64,000 bases of DNA from an uncultured Acidobacteriota bacterium. GTDB taxonomy: Bacteria > Acidobacteriota > Vicinamibacteria > Vicinamibacterales > 2-12-FULL-66-21. The stretch is from NCBI GenBank assembly GCA_963773005.1, contig CAVYZR010000008.1:3607-67606 (forward strand). Reading direction: 5' to 3'. Numbering within the stretch: position 1 is the first letter of the stretch; each line of letters starts with the position of its first letter. The notes beneath the pieces were generated by a model. It did no database searches and had not been told where the DNA came from. It saw nothing but the letters and a program-made list of their open reading frames with translations. A program made the position numbers and the translations under genes. Below, one piece after another: positions 43,181 to 52,033 of this stretch.

Positions 43181-43774
43181 GTGAAGAAGAGCATGTTCGA
43201 AGATGGCACATCAGTCAGGCAGCGGGTTTGCGCGGGCTTTATCACGCGACTCTGTCTTCTCGGACTCCTCCCACTCCTCCTCCTCGAAACCGGGTGCGCC
43301 TCGACCGGCGCGGTCCCGCAACCGTTCCCGAGGCCTGGTGGGCCCGCGCTGCCGTCGGGGTCCGCGCCACGGCCGGGTCCGGCGCCGGGGCACCCAGCCG
43401 GAGCTGCCGACGGTTACGCCATTGCGGGCACGGCACTCGGACTCCGGGGATCGCCGTACAGGAACGGTGGCAGCGACCCGTCAGGTTTCGACTGTAGCGG
43501 GTTCGTCCACTACGTGTTCGCACAGCATGGCATTGGCCTCGGGCGAACGGTTGGCGAGCAGTTCCACGAGGGCACCGAGGTCAAGGCAGGAGTCGAAGCG
43601 GGCGACCTGATCTTCTTCGCGACGTCAAATTCCGGCGCGGTCTCTCACGTCGGGATGGCGATCGGTGGAGATGAGTTCGTGCACGCGCCAAGCTCGCGCG
43701 GCGAAGTGCGGGTCGAGCGCCTCACTGCGCCCTACTGGGCTTCGCGCTACATCGGGGCAAGGAGGATACGGTGA
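43181..43774 (+). CDS. NlpC/P60 (C40) cell-wall peptidase lipoprotein
   Basis: Lipobox LLLETGCAS. Catalytic GFDCSGFVHYVF and HVGMAIG...FVHAPS. Confidence 0.9.
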   Translation: MKKSMFEDGTSVRQRVCAGFITRLCLLGLLPLLLLETGCASTGAVPQPFPRPGGPALPSGSAPRPGPAPGHPAGAADGYAIAGTALGLRGSPYRNGGSDPSGFDCSGFVHYVFAQHGIGLGRTVGEQFHEGTEVKAGVEAGDLIFFATSNSGAVSHVGMAIGGDEFVHAPSSRGEVRVERLTAPYWASRYIGARRIR

Positions 43775-43865
43775 CGGCTACCAGCTTCCGGCTTCCAGCT
43801 CAAAAGGCAAGAGCGCTGCGCCAGAAGCGTCGCTGGAAACTGGTAGCTGGCAGCTGGCAGCTGAT

Positions 43866-44750
43866 TTACGCGGCTCTGTCCTCGCCCTTCCGCCTCAGGC
43901 GATTCGTTCTCGATCCGGTGAACTGGCGGATGTGAAGATCCGCTTCCGTGTACACGGCGGGCTGCGTCAGCGGCTTGAGCGGTTCGATCCGCACGTTGCA
44001 CTCTGACGGCGGCATGGCCAGCGCCTCCATGTAGCGCTGCGGGAACGACGGGAAGTTGCGGAAGGTCGTCGACACGACGCCGCCATGCTTCGCGGTGAGC
44101 GCGGCGAAATCATCATAGAGAAAATCGTACATCGCCGGATCGGGATCCGAGGCGAGGTAGGCGTTCACCATCTCCGCCACGTGCTCGTAGAACTGCGGGC
44201 CGTGCGAGCGCATCGAATCGCTGCCGTCGGCGCGAACGAATCGCCGGATTCCGGACTCATCGGGATCGATGTGATAGAGCTCGTGCACGACGGTGTCGAG
44301 CTTGGCGATCCAGCCCGGCGCTCCCGGATACAGCTCGGCTTTGCGCGTGCGCTCGAGTGATTGATCGCAGAAGCGGGGAATCACGAACGAGATCAGATAT
44401 TTAATCGACGTCTCGCCGAGGCGCACGACCGGCGACTTGGTGATGAACCACTCCGATCGACGCGTGAGCTCACCTGTCGTGCGATCGCGCCAGAAAAAAT
44501 AGCCGGGCTCGCTCTCGGGCAGCGTCAGGCAATGGCAGGTCGCAAACGCGCCTTCAGCTTCGGACCGGCCGAACCTGGCGAAAACGAGGACTTCGGAGAG
44601 GTCGATGAAGGAAAGGCTCGGCGTCCGGCGGACGATGTCCTGCATCAGGAGCGCAATGCGCTCGGTATAGTTGATCATCCCGGCTTGTCGCAGACCCGAG
44701 GCACAGCCCTGACGGTCCAGCGTCCCTATCGCATCCATATGCGGCCCCAT
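43866..44750 (-). CDS. hypothetical protein with HExxH motif (possible zinc metallopeptidase, family not recognised)
   Basis: VVHELYHIDPDE followed by SHGPQFYEHV. It has its own strong promoter-like element upstream. In the raw sequence it is fused in frame to mtgA, which is probably an artefact. Confidence 0.6.
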   Translation of the reverse strand: MGPHMDAIGTLDRQGCASGLRQAGMINYTERIALLMQDIVRRTPSLSFIDLSEVLVFARFGRSEAEGAFATCHCLTLPESEPGYFFWRDRTTGELTRRSEWFITKSPVVRLGETSIKYLISFVIPRFCDQSLERTRKAELYPGAPGWIAKLDTVVHELYHIDPDESGIRRFVRADGSDSMRSHGPQFYEHVAEMVNAYLASDPDPAMYDFLYDDFAALTAKHGGVVSTTFRNFPSFPQRYMEALAMPPSECNVRIEPLKPLTQPAVYTEADLHIRQFTGSRTNRLRRKGEDRAA

Positions 44751-44823
44751 CCAGGGGGAAGAGTTCAAAATTGAGCCTGGCCCTCGCCGGGCCTCAGGGG
44801 GAGCTCTGATCTTGCGTGTGGCG

Positions 44824-44852
44824 ATTATGGAGGGATGAAGCGAAGCTGTCAA
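44824..44852 (-). promoter_or_regulatory. sigma70-like promoter (TTGACA, 17 nt spacer, CATAAT)
   Basis: The minus strand reads TTGACAgcttcgcttcatccctcCATAAT in a locally AT-richer stretch about 70 nt upstream of the ATG at 44750. Confidence 0.45.
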
Positions 44853-44871
44853 GGTCAGCCGAATAAAGACC

Positions 44872-45740
44872 TTACGGTCCAGGCGGCGGTTGCCCCCCGG
44901 CGGGCGCGGGAGCTTTGACGGAGGCACGACCTCGCCCGGAAGGACCACAGGAACGCCCTCAGACGGGCTCGTAGCCGGTATCTCGCCGGTGTCTGGACCG
45001 GGGGTCGGGGTTGCTGGCTCAGCAATAACCGGCGGCGGCGTCACGGCGCCCATCCGGCGCAAGATCATTTCCTGGCGGCGGCGCAGGCGCGCGCTGGGGC
45101 GGGCCGGATCGAACGCTCTCGGGCTGTTGATCCCGGCTGCCAGGAGCGACGACTCTTGAGGCCCGAGGTCGGCCGCAGCCTTGCCGAAGTAGGTTCGCGC
45201 AGCGGCCTCGGCGCCGTAGATGCCGTTGCCCCACTCGATGAGATTCAGATAGAGCTCGAGGATGCGTTGCTTCGAGAGCTCGGCTTCGAGCCGGCGCGCG
45301 ATGAGGATCTCGCGGCCCTTTCTGATCGGATTCTTCGATGGCGACAGGTAGAGATTCTTCGCGAGCTGTTGCGTGATGGTGCTCGCGCCGCGCGCGAACT
45401 CCATGCGCTCGAGGTTGACCTCCATCGACTCTTTGAGCTGCTGGAAGTCGACGCCGCCATGCTGCCAGAAGGCGGCGTCTTCCGTCACGATCACCGCGCG
45501 CTTGAGGCTCGGCGAAATCCGCGCGTAGCTCACCCACCGCTGGATGCGCCGCGGCTGCTCGCCTTTGTCGATCGCCTCCTGCGTACGGAGTTCGATGAAT
45601 GCGGTCGTCGGTGGGTTTTGCGTGCGCAGGACGCGCACGTCCGGGAGCGTGAGGTAGATATACGCGGCGCACGCGAATCCGGCAGCGAGGAGCACGGCGA
45701 GCGCTCGCCCTGCCGTCCGCATCCACAAGCGCCGGCGCAT
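44872..45740 (-). CDS. mtgA: monofunctional peptidoglycan glycosyltransferase (GT51, MtgA-like) with Pro-rich tail; 3' end inferred
   Basis: EDAAFWQHGGVDF and GASTITQQLAKNL. ATG at 45740. As sequenced, the frame runs on into the next gene. Both other frames stop at 44855-44875. Confidence 0.8.
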
Positions 45741-45904
45741 GTTCACATTATAGGGCCGCGCTCGGCCGATCGGCCCTCTACGATCGCGCCGCCCGGGGCC
45801 GTGCGCGTCGACGCGGGCGCGCGGTAGCCAGCACACCCTTTCAGTTTTTGCGACTTTCTCGTGTCAGTTTCTGCAACCGCGTCCCTTGCACGTTCGGGAC
45901 GTTC

Positions 45905-45956
45905 GGGGACACTCAACCGGGACAGTCCCCGGGGACAGTCAAGGTTGAGTGTCCCC
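45905..45956 (-). terminator. 14-bp perfect-stem hairpin spanning the stop codon of the DapA-like gene (no U-tract)
   Basis: GGGGACACTCAACC (45905-45918) is the exact reverse complement of GGTTGAGTGTCCCC (45943-45956). The 24-nt loop contains the palindrome GTCCCCGGGGAC. Confidence 0.4.
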
Positions 45957-46868
45957 GGGGACCTGCAGACCCATCAGCGACTCGACGGCGGCGCGGACTT
46001 GGGACGCCGCCTCGGCGGTCAGCGGACCGAGCGGCATTCGAGGCTCGCCGCCGGCGAAGCCGGCGACGTCCATCGCGCTCTTCAACCCCGCGACGCCGAG
46101 GCCGGTCGTCACGAGCTTGGCGAGCGGCGTGAGGCGACGCTGCAGCTCGCGCGCCTCGAGGTGACGGCCGGCGCGAAAATGCTCGTGCAGCTGCACGCAG
46201 AGCGCCGGCAGCACGCACGACACCGCCAGAATGCCACCAGTAGCGCCGACGCACAGCGAGGGGTAGAAGGTCGGCGCCGATCCGGCAATCACGGCAAAGC
46301 CCCTTGCCAAACCATGTAGCGCCGCGAACGCCGCCTCGACGAATGCGGCGACCTGCGCCGTGTCGCTCCCGGTTTCCTTCACACCGATGATGTTGGGATG
46401 GACCGCCAGGCGGCCAACGGCGTCGGACGTCAGGCTGACGCCAGTCACGGCGGGCACGTTGTAGAGGAGCACGGGTACCGGCGCCGCGTCGGCGACGGCC
46501 GTGTAGTGACGCACGAAGACGTCGGGCGTCATCCGCGCCTTGTAGAACGACGGCGTGCGGACGAGCACCGCATCGGCGCCGAGCGCTGCCGCGCGCGCCG
46601 AGGCGACGATCGTCGCCCGAGTCGATTCGCGGCCAGTGCCGACGATGAGGACGCGATCGCGCGGCACCGACTCGCGCGCCGCCGCGATCACCTGCTCCGC
46701 TTCGTCGTCGTCAACAAGTGGCGCCTCGCCGTTCGATCCGAGCGCGACGACTCCGCCGACGCCGGCGTGAATCCACTTCGAAACGTTCGAGGAGATGGCG
46801 CGGCCGTCGACGCGCCCGTCGCGAGCGAAGACCGTGGCCATCGGAGGAAACACCGCGTCGAGCTGCAT
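45939..46868 (-). CDS. dihydrodipicolinate synthase / N-acetylneuraminate lyase family aldolase
   Basis: GSNGEAPLV, LLYNVP, and IIGVKETG (Schiff-base Lys region). Confidence 0.9.
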   Translation of the reverse strand: MQLDAVFPPMATVFARDGRVDGRAISSNVSKWIHAGVGGVVALGSNGEAPLVDDDEAEQVIAAARESVPRDRVLIVGTGRESTRATIVASARAAALGADAVLVRTPSFYKARMTPDVFVRHYTAVADAAPVPVLLYNVPAVTGVSLTSDAVGRLAVHPNIIGVKETGSDTAQVAAFVEAAFAALHGLARGFAVIAGSAPTFYPSLCVGATGGILAVSCVLPALCVQLHEHFRAGRHLEARELQRRLTPLAKLVTTGLGVAGLKSAMDVAGFAGGEPRMPLGPLTAEAASQVRAAVESLMGLQVPGDTQP

Positions 46869-47060
46869 CGCCGAGGAGCGTACCGGGCGAGGCCCCCAGA
46901 GTCAAACAAAGTGTCGAACCAGCAGCGTCAAACCTTCGCGACCGCCAATAAAAACGGCGGCGAACACGGTATGCCCGTGCGCGCCGCCGCTTCTGCTCCC
47001 GGCACACAACTTCTTATGCTCGCGGGTCCCACCCGCTCGCTCTCGGGCCGCAGGCGCCCG

Positions 47061-47726
47061 TTAGTGGATCGTCTGCCTCCAACTCGACCGGCTGCGCCGC
47101 CAGTCGTCGTCGAGGATCGTCCACAGGATTTGATCGAGGTATTCGCCATCGCGCAGGAACGACTTGCGAAGCACGCCCTCCTGCACCGCTCCCATCTTGC
47201 GGAGCGCGCCATTCCCCCGGCCGTTGGCGGTTGCGGCCCGCGCTTCGAGCCGCCGCGTGCCGACGACGTCGAATGCGAAGTCGACGACGAGCGTCGCCGC
47301 GTCGAGGAAGATCCCCGTGCCCCAGAACGACGAGCCGATCGCAAACCCCCACTCGGCCGTGCCGAACCCTGGCTCGAGCTGCCGCACCTGGAAGATTCCG
47401 ATGGCCGTGTCCATGTTGTGCGGCACGACCGCGAAGCAGACGTAGTTGCCGGCCGCCCGCTCGCGATGCGTCCACGCGATGAACCGCTCGAACCCTTCCA
47501 CGGTGGTCGGCGGCGGCGAGATGAATCGCGCCACTTCTTCGGTCGACAGCATCGCAAGGAGCGCCGGCGCGTCCGAGAGCCGCAACTCTCGCAGCGTCGC
47601 CATCGATCCGGTCAGGACCGGGAGCGACTGCCGCCAGTCGCTCGACGTCACCTTCTCGGCTGCCGCCGTCATCACCGCATGCACGTCAATCACCTCTTGC
47701 GCGTCACGGAAAGGCATCTTCTCCAT
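47061..47726 (-). CDS. GNAT (RimJ/RimL-like) N-acetyltransferase, paralog 1
   Basis: [21 protein letters not shown]. Highly similar to the 50006..50680 product. The ATG overlaps the subtilase TAA (TAATG). Confidence 0.85.
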   Translation of the reverse strand: MEKMPFRDAQEVIDVHAVMTAAAEKVTSSDWRQSLPVLTGSMATLRELRLSDAPALLAMLSTEEVARFISPPPTTVEGFERFIAWTHRERAAGNYVCFAVVPHNMDTAIGIFQVRQLEPGFGTAEWGFAIGSSFWGTGIFLDAATLVVDFAFDVVGTRRLEARAATANGRGNGALRKMGAVQEGVLRKSFLRDGEYLDQILWTILDDDWRRSRSSWRQTIH

Positions 47727-49898
47727 TAGAGGCCTCCCGTGCTGCTGGTCGAGTTGCCGGTTACCGGTTGTCCCGCCGGAGGCGCTGGCGGCGGAGACGG
47801 CGGCGGTGATGGCAGGAACAGATCCTCGAGCGGCGTCGCGTCGTAGTTGACGGGCTCGGCGTCCGGATCCTCGAAGAGGTCGGAGTCTTCGCCGCTGCTC
47901 CCCCAGGTCACGTCCTCGTCGGCCGACGTGCCCCACACGATGTTCTCGAGGTCCGTCGCCGTGCCCCAGACGATGTTCTCGAGGTCGAAGTTGGTCCCCC
48001 AGACGATGTTTTCACCATCGTCCAGCGTGCCCCACACGATGTTCTCGAGGTCCATCGCCGTGCCCCAGACGATGTTCTCGCAGTCGTCGGAGCCACAGAG
48101 CGTCCCCCACACGATGTTCTCGAGGTCGACCGTGCCCCACACGATGTTCTCGCCAGCGTCGGCGGTGCCCCACACAATGTTCTCGCCGTCGTCGACCGTG
48201 CCCCAGACGATGTTCTCGAGCTCGTCGGCGATGGTGCCCCACACGATGTTCTCGCAATCGTCGGCGCAGAGCGTGCCCCAGACGATGTTCTCGCCCTCGT
48301 CGTTGGCCAGCGTGCCCCAGACGATGTTCGAGGCCCAGGCATTGGCGTTCGGCTTCAGCACGCCGCCCTTGATGCGGTGATTCCCCCAGAGGATCTGCCG
48401 GCTCCACATCCACGAGTGCGGGTACTGCTGTCCCTGCTGCGGGTTCTTGAAGTAGCGCGCGAGTTCCACAGCGCCCTGCGCGTTGAGGAAGCCGGCGCCC
48501 TGCGTCAGCGCGTCGTAGTGCCGCGTCTGCGCGGTGTACTGAAGGATCGCCTTCACCAGGTTCGGCTTGAGCGACGGATTCGCCTGCAGCATCAGCGCGA
48601 CCGTGCCGGCCACGACCGGCGAGGCCATGCTGGTGCCGCTCAGGCTCAGATACGGCCGGGCCGTCAGGCTCCGGCTGCCCTTGAGGAGATACGCCGACTT
48701 CGTGGCGTAGAACTCGCTCGCCACATTGGAGAGCGAAACGATCCCCGTGCCCGGCGCAAGGAGGTCGGGCTTGGCCAGGTGGTCGATCATGGTCGGGCCG
48801 CGCGAGCTGTAAGGCGCGACCTTGTCGTCCCAGCGCGACAGCGTCCCCTGCGTGCTATACGCGCCGACCGTGAGCACCCAGGGCGCGTTGCCCGGAGCCG
48901 TGATGGCGCCGTACTGTGTCTTCTTCGAGAGGCCAACCGTCTTCTGCCCCAGGTTGCCGGCGGCAGTGACCACGACGATGCCGCTGTCGACCGCGCGCTT
49001 GGCGGCGAGCGTCAGCGGATCGGTCTCGTAGGATTCGGTGACGGCCGCGCCCACCGACAGGTTGATGACGCGGATGTTGTGCGTGACCTTGTTGGCGACC
49101 GCCCACTCGAACGCGGCGATGACGTCGCTGATGACGCCGCCGCCGTGCTGATCGAGCACCTTCAGGCTGACGAGGTGCGCCGCCGGCGCGATGCCCGCGT
49201 GCGCCCCGTACGCAGTCGTAGCCGTTGCCGGCGATGATGCCGGCGACGTGCGTGCCGTGGCCGTTGTCGTCGTAGGGCTGCGTCTGGTTGTTGACGAAGT
49301 CGACAAACTTTGTCACGCGCTGATAGTTGACCGTGCGGACCTTGGACGAAGTGCCCTGGTAGCTCAGGTCGTCGTGCCAGCCAGTGATGCCCGAGTCGAT
49401 GATCGCGACGCCGACGCCGGCGCCGTCGTAGCCCCACTGCTGCTGGGCGGCGCGCGCGCCGACCGAGACCGCCGTGCGGCTATTGTGGCCCGCGATCGGA
49501 CGGTCGTGGTGAACGGCCAGGACCTCCGAGCGCTCGGAGATCGCCTTGATCACACGGTTCGGCAGTTCGACCGCCATGCCGTCGACGAGCTTCAGGCGGC
49601 GGCCGAGACGGCCCCCGAGCTTCCTGATCTCTTTCTCGGCGTTGTCTTCCTGCCCCGGTTTGACCGTGAGGATCACCTTGGACGTGCCAAGCAGGCGGCT
49701 CGAACGCCACTTCATTTCCTTGTCGAGCTTTTCGAACCGCTGCTGCCGTCCGGAACGCTGCTTATTCGGGTTCGACTTGCTGGACAACAGCTTGGTGCCG
49801 TGGCCTGGCTTCGCGGCAACCGGAGCCGCAAACGCGATCAGGCCTGCCAGCACCAGGGCTGCGGTCTGCCACGAACGTTGACGCTGTCGAGAACGCAT
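47726..49898 (-). CDS. secreted subtilisin-family (S8) serine protease with I9-like propeptide, C-terminal NIVWGT repeat array and Pro-rich tail; apparent +1 frameshift near 49212
   Basis: Catalytic triad contexts IIDSGI, HGTHVAG and SGTSMASP. Signal peptide after the ATG at 49898 (AAGGAAG upstream). The frame change falls between GNGYD and [10 protein letters not shown]. Length is 3n+1. Confidence 0.9.
47879..48328 (-). repeat. coding tandem repeat: 12 copies of [D/E]NIVWGT plus 1 degenerate copy, with 3-7 residue acidic linkers
   Basis: Protein residues about 327-476 read [49 protein letters not shown] ... [22 protein letters not shown]. The DNA period is 30-42 nt. Confidence 0.9.
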
Positions 49899-50005
49899 TT
49901 GGTCGCTTCCTTCTCTTGATACCTTCCGAACCTCGGAAGTGGTCACAATCTCTTGCTGGTGGATACCCGCCTGTTCGCAGGCGGTGGGTCGTTCATCAAC
50001 AGCCA

Positions 50006-50680
50006 TCAGTGAACCGCCGAGCCTGCCGCGCCCCACACGGCTTTGGCCTGGCGCCAGTCTTCCCGCACGATCGACCAGAGCGACTGGTCGTGGTGCCTGC
50101 CGCCTCGCAGGAAACTGCGGCGCAGAATCGCTTCCTTGACGGCGCCAATCTTGGCGAGGGCGCCATTGCCCCGGCCGTTGGCGACGGCGGCGCGGGCCTC
50201 GAGGCGATTGACCCCGACGGTCTCGAACGCGAACTCGATCGTCAGCCGCGCGGCCGCAGTGAAGACGCCCGTCCCCCAGTAGGCCCGGCCGATCGCGAAG
50301 CCCCACTCGGCGGTCGAGAAGGCCGGATCGAGCTGACGCACCTGGAAGATGCCGATTGCGGTGTCCATGCCCTCGGGCACGACCGCGAAGCAGATGTACC
50401 GCCCCGCGACGCGCTCGCGCTGCGCCCAGGCGATGAATCGTTCGAACCCGTCGACCGTGGTCGGCGGCGGCGAAATGAAGCGCGACACTTCTTCGCTCGA
50501 CAGCAGATCGAGCAGCGCTTCGGCGTCCGAGATCCGAAGCTCGCGCAGCGTCAGCACGCCATTCGAGAGCACCGGCAATACCCGACGCCAGTCTGTCGTC
50601 ACGCTTGGCGGCACGGGGCTGACCGTCATCTGGGTCAGCGGCACGTAAGCCAGCGTCTCTTGTCGAAGGTTCGTCAGCAT
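50006..50680 (-). CDS. GNAT (RimJ/RimL-like) N-acetyltransferase, paralog 2
   Basis: [21 protein letters not shown]. Collinear similarity to paralog 1 ([29 protein letters not shown]). Confidence 0.85.
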   Translation of the reverse strand: MLTNLRQETLAYVPLTQMTVSPVPPSVTTDWRRVLPVLSNGVLTLRELRISDAEALLDLLSSEEVSRFISPPPTTVDGFERFIAWAQRERVAGRYICFAVVPEGMDTAIGIFQVRQLDPAFSTAEWGFAIGRAYWGTGVFTAAARLTIEFAFETVGVNRLEARAAVANGRGNGALAKIGAVKEAILRRSFLRGGRHHDQSLWSIVREDWRQAKAVWGAAGSAVH

Positions 50681-51007
50681 GAGTCCTAATCCAATCGTCG
50701 CTATGGACAGCCGAGACACGACTGTCGGGCTACGGCAGAGCAAGGGGGGGGCCACACCAGCTGGGCTTGCGTTTGGTGCGGTTAAGGACTGTTCCTAGAA
50801 TGGGTTACGTGAAATCACGATCCTGGGTCGTGTGCGGGTGTGCGGATCCGGTTGCGCCGTATCGGGACATACAAACTTGTGATTTTTAGGGCTTTTCACC
50901 CTAAAACACAGCGCACTCACGAGTTAGAAAAACTGGTCTAAAAAGACACACGGGTGCAAGTTTGGAACACCTCGCGCAGAACTGACAAAGGCAATGTAGT
51001 CAGTAAC

Positions 51008-52033
51008 TTAACGACCATGATCGGATCGGCCGGTGAGCGCCGGCACAGAGTGTGCGCCCACGGTGAGGTTCACAGCGAGCGCCAGGAGCACGATGGCGAG
51101 GGCCGGCGCGAGGAGCCAGGGCGCCTCGAAGAGCGCCCGCCCACGCCCGGCTTCCCGCAACATTCCTCCCCAACTGGGCGTCGGTTCGCTGAAACCGAGC
51201 CCAACGAACGAGAGTGTCGCCTCGGCGAGCACGAACGCCGGCACGAGGAGCGTCGTCTGCACGGCGAGGAACCCACGGGCGGCGGGCAGCAGGTGACGCA
51301 GCAATAACCGCGTACGGCTAGCCCCGAGCGCACGCGCAGCTTCTGCGTACTCGCGAACCCGTTCGGCGGCGACGACCGCCCGAACGCCCCGCGCCGGAAA
51401 CGGCCACCCCACCGCCGCCAGGACCACGACCATCGTCCAGAACACTTCTGTCGTCGACAGTACGAGCGGCATCGACGCGCGCAGCGCCAGCACCACGTAC
51501 ACCGCCGGCAGCGCCACCACCACGTCCGCCACCCGCATCACCCCATCGTCAAGAAGCCCCCCGGCAAAACCGGACAGGCCGCCGGCCGCGGCGCCGATGA
51601 CGAGCGCTCCAAGTGCGGCGCCGAACGCAACCCCCAGCGACAGTCGCGCGCCCGATGCGAGGCGGGCCAGCTGGTCGCGGCCGAGCGCGTCGGCGCCAAG
51701 CGGGAACCAGGGCGACCCATACGCGGGATCGACGGAGAGCAGCACGCCGTCGCGGAACACGCGAAGCGGCATCGGACGGGTGCGCTCCTCGGCGTAGCGG
51801 TGCTCGAGCCGATCTTCGAGGCGCAGGGGATAAACGAAGGGCCACCTGAGTCGGGTCGATCCGTCGTCCGCACGCTCGATGATGTGCGGTCGCATCGGCG
51901 GCGCGTAGACGGACTCGGCAAATTGCTCGGCTGGGCTGTTGCGCGTCAGCCACGGGCCAAACGCCGCGAGCGCGATCAAGAGCGCGCCGAACACGACGCC
52001 CAGTCGGCTCGCCGGCGTGGCCCAAAGCGTCAT
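51008..52033 (-). CDS. ABC transporter permease (OppC/DppC type)
   Basis: Long periplasmic N-terminal loop, then a permease core. The ATG at 52033 overlaps the upstream TGA (ATGA). Confidence 0.85.
   Translation of the reverse strand: MTLWATPASRLGVVFGALLIALAAFGPWLTRNSPAEQFAESVYAPPMRPHIIERADDGSTRLRWPFVYPLRLEDRLEHRYAEERTRPMPLRVFRDGVLLSVDPAYGSPWFPLGADALGRDQLARLASGARLSLGVAFGAALGALVIGAAAGGLSGFAGGLLDDGVMRVADVVVALPAVYVVLALRASMPLVLSTTEVFWTMVVVLAAVGWPFPARGVRAVVAAERVREYAEAARALGASRTRLLLRHLLPAARGFLAVQTTLLVPAFVLAEATLSFVGLGFSEPTPSWGGMLREAGRGRALFEAPWLLAPALAIVLLALAVNLTVGAHSVPALTGRSDHGR

Noticed and set aside
43866-45836. The 656-aa ORF read as a bifunctional MtgA-metallopeptidase fusion protein.
   Set aside because: The linker crosses a low-GC stretch with a near-consensus promoter. 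Both other frames stop there, and a G6 run offers a simple indel explanation.
47879-48328. Periodic 30-42 nt DNA repeats that superficially resemble a CRISPR array.
   Set aside because: The repeats are in frame inside the subtilase ORF, the 'spacers' are only 9-21 nt, and no cas genes are present. This is a coding tandem repeat.
50805-50870. A 21-codon mini-ORF (MSRYGATGSAHPHTTQDRDFT, minus strand) upstream of the GNAT-S8-GNAT unit, considered as a possible modified-peptide precursor.
   Set aside because: It has no Shine-Dalgarno sequence, no Cys/Ser/Thr-rich core and no conservation evidence. It is too short to distinguish from chance.
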